Shown in pieces: positions 59,850 to 64,000 of a stretch of 64,000 bases of DNA (position 1 is its first letter; every line of letters starts with the position of its first letter). Under the pieces are notes generated by a model. It saw nothing but the letters and a program-made list of their open reading frames with translations, did no database searches and was not told where the DNA came from. The stretch comes from Eledone cirrhosa (Eukaryota). The stretch is taken from NCBI GenBank assembly GCA_964016885.1, contig OZ024754.1, positions 36,828,001-36,892,000 on the forward strand, written 5' to 3'. The translations under genes were made by a program, and so were the position numbers.

Positions 59850-60425
59850 TACATACATAAATATACATACATATACATACACACATATACATAAATACAC
59901 ACATATATACATACATACATACATATACATACATATATATACATACACATATATATATACACACACATATATATATACATATATATACACACACATATAT
60001 ATCTATATACACACACATATATATATCTATATACACACACACATATATATATATATATACACACACATATATATCTATATACACACACATATATATCTAT
60101 ATACACACACATATATATCTATCTATATACACATGCATATATATATATATATACACATACATATATATACATATACACATACATATATATACATATACAC
60201 ATACATATATATACATATACACATACATATATATATATACACATACATATATATCTATATACACATACATATATATCTATACACACATACATATATATAC
60301 ACATATATATATATATACACATACATATATATCTATATACACATACATATATATATATATATACATACATATATATATACACATATATATATATATATAC
60401 ACATACATATATATATATATATACA

Positions 60426-60456
<31 letters not shown>

Positions 60457-60485
60457 ATACACATATATATATATATATATACACA

Positions 60486-60516
<31 letters not shown>

Positions 60517-60743
60517 ATACATACATATATATATATACACATACATATATATATACACATACATATATATATATACACATACATATATATATATACACAT
60601 ACATATATATATATACACATACATATATATATATATACACATACATATATATATATACACATACATATATATATATACACATACATATATATATACACAT
60701 ACATATATATATACATATATACATACACATATATACACACATG

Positions 60744-60780
<37 letters not shown>
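59850..60780. repeat. Compound (TA)n(CA)n microsatellite
   Basis: Seen directly. Confidence 0.97.
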
Positions 60781-60783
<3 letters not shown>

Positions 60784-61118
60784 AAACAGTATAGAATTAA
60801 ATAAAATAATTCTACAGACACTATAGAAACAAGAGTTTTGATTGATGTAAGGTATTTTTGAAAAAATACATTTATTAACATATAGATACATGTGTGCATG
60901 TATGTTAAATACACATATATATATGTATCCATATACATGTACACACACACATCTATCTATATATACATACACACATATATACATAAACATACATACATAT
61001 ATATACATATATATATATCGAGTAGGTATCACAACAAAAAGCACCCAGCACACACTGTAAATGTGGTTGGCATAGGAAGGGCATCCAGCCATAGAAACCT
61101 AGCCAGAAGCAGTTCTAG

Positions 61119-61171
<53 letters not shown>

Positions 61172-61251
61172 TGTGTGTGCCCCAGCATGGCCTCAGCCAG
61201 ATGGTTGGAACAGGTAAAAGAGTAAAGAGTAAAAGAGTATATATATCATAC

Positions 61252-61302
<51 letters not shown>

Positions 61303-61564
61303 ATTATACATATATCTTAGAGATATACATTATATAGAGATATACATTATATGTATGCGTATACACATTTATAAATATATACAGATAGATAGATGCACAC
61401 TCACACTCACACACACACATGCGGCACATACAAACATATAGAGAAGCTCACATACACAGATATGAGTATGTATGTCTGTGTAACTTTATATGCATGAAGT
61501 GAACTTTAAAAAAATATTAAATTGTCTAATCCTTTATGCCAAAGGGCAGATTGGGCCTTCCTAC

Positions 61565-61693
61565 CTCTCGACTGGCGCGCGGACACCTGCGAAGGTGAAA
61601 AAGAAGCCGACGATAACTTTGCTGAAGAGTTAGAGGTGCTGATGACTGGTGCATCTGCCACATTAGCTGATGTTGCACATGGAGATTGGTCAA
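61565..61693 (-). CDS. Candidate internal coding exon, 129 nt, product unknown (Ser/Ala-rich)
   Basis: Acceptor tgtttttctaattgcAG, donor GAG|gtagga; GC- and CpG-rich island in AT-rich flanks; the phase-1 frame DQSPCATSANVADAPVISTSNSSAKLSSASFSPSQVSARQSR shows strong codon periodicity. Confidence 0.55.
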
Positions 61694-62029
61694 CTGCAAT
61701 TAGAAAAACATATATACATAGTTAGACATACATATATACATAGACATACATATATACACACATATATTTATATACGGTAAATATTGGTGCAATTCAATTG
61801 AAGCACTCAACATACTTCTTCCACATAGGAACATTGGAGTGTATTCAGAATAAGAAAATGCAAAGTAGTTTCAGATGTTAAAGTCCTTTATTGATAAGGC
61901 TGTGATACATATTTCGAAGACAACAGTGACCACGCGATCAGCATACCTAGTGCCATGATCTCATTGTGTTCCCTAGTTTTGTGTCCCCAACTGTTTGCTG
62001 GGGTTTGTTTTGGTTTGTTTTACATTTAC

Positions 62030-63492
62030 TTTAAACCCTCTTCATACCAAACTTCCCCAAACAGTACCTAGTAATACCATTTTCTCTATATCAAAGTTTT
62101 AACCCTCTTCATACCAAACTTCCCCAAACAGTACCTAGTAATACCATTTTCTCTATATCAAAGTTTTAACCCTCTTCATACCAAACTTCCCCAAACAGTA
62201 CCTAGTAATACCATTTTCTCTATATCAAAATTGTAACCCTCTTCATACCAAACTTCCTCAAACAGTACCTAGTAATACCATTTTCTCTATATCAAAGTTT
62301 TAACCCTCTTCATACCAAACTTCCCCAAACAGTACCTAGTAATACCATTTTCTCTATATCAAAGTTTTAACCCTCTTCATACCAAACTTCCCCAAACAGT
62401 ACCTAGTAATACCATTTTCTCTATATCAAAGTTTTAACCCTCTTCATACCAAACTTCCCCAAACAGTACCTAGTAATACCATTTTCTCTATATCAAAGTG
62501 TTAACCCTCTTCATACCAAACTTCCCCAAACAGTACCTAGTAATACCATTTTCTCTATATCAAAGTTTTAACCCTCTTCATACCAAACTTCCCCAAACAG
62601 TACCTAGTAGTACCATTTTCTCTATATCAAAGTTTTAACCCTCTTCATACCAAACTTCCCCAAACAGTACCTAGTAATACCATTTTCTCTATATCAAAGT
62701 TTTAAACCTCTTCATACCAAACTTCCCCAAACAGTACCTAGTAATACCATTTTCTCTATATCAAAGTTTTAACCCTCTTCATACCAAACTTCCCCAAACA
62801 GCACCTAGTAGTACCATTTTCTCTATATCAAAGTTTTAACCCTCTTCATACCAAACTTCCCCAAACAGTACCTAGTAATACCATTTTCTCTATATCAAAG
62901 TTTTAACCCTCTTCATACCAAACTTCCCCAAACAGCACCTAGTAGTACCATTTTCTCTATATCAAAGTTTTAACCCTCTTCATACCAAACTTCCCCAAAC
63001 AGTACCTAGTAATACCATTTTCTCTATATCAAAGTTTTAACCCTCTTCATACCAAACTTCCCCAAACAGCACCTAGTAGTACCATTTTCTCTATATCAAA
63101 GTTTTAACCCTCTTCATACCAAACTTCCCCAAACAGTACCTAGTAATACCATTTTCTCTATATCAAAGTTTTAACCCTCTTCATACCAAACTTCCCCAAA
63201 CAGTACCTAGTAATACCATTTTCTCTATATCAAAATTGTAACCCTCTTCGTACCAAACTTCCCCAAACAGTACCTAGTAATACCATTTTCTCTATATCAA
63301 AGTTTTAACCCTCTTCGTACCAAACTTCCCCAAACAGTACCTAGTAGTACTATTTTCTCTATATCAAAGTTTTAACCCTCTTCATACCAAACTTCCCCAA
63401 ACAGCACCTAGTAGCACCATTTTCTCTATATCAAAGTTTTAACCCTCTTCATACCAAACTTCCCCAAACAGTACCTAGTAGTACCATTTTCA
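62030..63492. repeat. 67-bp minisatellite, about 22 copies
   Basis: aaccctcttcataccaaacttccccaaacagtacctagtaataccattttctctatatcaaagtttt. Confidence 0.98.
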
Positions 63493-63607
63493 TCTACTTC
63501 TAAGTCCCAGCCTTTATCTATATAATACAAAAACTATTTGTTTTCAAGTGTTAATATTTATCGAAAAACTTTCATTCAGGAGTTTGTGTTACAGACACTA
63601 ACTTAAT

Positions 63608-63830
63608 GACCGGTCGCTCCCCGACAGGTTTGCGGTTGGACCCCTAGCAGTGGAGACGTCTGGTGTCCTTGGCCCTAGGGCTACCTCCCTACTCACCACC
63701 ATAGGCGCTGAGCTGGCCAGCCGCAGGTGTGAGCCCCGTGAGTTGGAGTGGCTTTTCCAGCGTGTCTCCCTTGCTGTCCTCCGGGGAAACACTTTCTCCC
63801 TTCTGACCGCCGGGGCTGTGGTGGAGCCCC
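63608..63830 (+). pseudogene. 5'-truncated CRE-clade retrotransposon, C-terminal RLE region, low divergence
   Basis: Open frame RSLPDRFAVGPLAVETSGVLGPRATSLLTTIGAELASRRCEPRELEWLFQRVSLAVLRGNTFSLL matches the CRE C-terminal pattern PxAVETxG...PRE..WLxQRxSxAxxRGN; CpGs preserved. Confidence 0.85.
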
Positions 63831-64000
63831 ATCACATATCATTCCATATTTAGTTGTTGTCGGTGTGTGTGTGTGTGTGTATATATTGCTTTTGTTTTCA
63901 TTCAGCATTATGGCATTCTTCATTGCTTTTCTCTACTAATGAATTATATTTGGAAAAATAAAATATTGTCAACAAACTTAGTTATATTATCCCTCCAAAG

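Noticed and set aside
61522-61725. Plus-strand 67-aa acidic ORF
   Set aside because: Antisense shadow of the minus-strand exon candidate, whose splice sites bound the GC-rich island.
61860-61960. Possible further hammerhead on the minus strand (CGAAA...AATAAA)
   Set aside because: No CUGANGA core (ctgatcg); at most a decayed repeat end.

Overview
Eukaryotic, extremely repeat-rich window with no complete gene. The repeat inventory points to an octopod cephalopod (inference, not verified): Nin-domain tRNA-derived SINEs, RTE-derived short elements with (GAT)n tails, and multi-kb TA/CA microsatellites. Nearly all ORFs in the supplied track are translations of simple or tandem repeats. Supported content: (i) at least ten distinct minisatellite arrays, several grown out of transposon sequence; (ii) young and old SINEs, some with target-site duplications; (iii) TTAA-flanked piggyBac-like and TA-flanked Tc1/pogo-like MITEs, partly nested; (iv) decayed RTE-clade LINE fragments and four co-oriented fragments of a CRE-clade (restriction-like endonuclease) retrotransposon; (v) Penelope-like element termini as long inverted repeats, one carrying two intact-looking minimal hammerhead ribozymes; (vi) candidate 3' exons and 3'UTR of an unidentified minus-strand spliced gene (about 61.7 to 52.4 kb) whose frame cannot be fixed from sequence alone; (vii) a 200-N assembly gap in a 5.6 kb AT-only tract. 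Family assignments come from recalled motifs, not database searches, and boundaries of diverged repeats are approximate.
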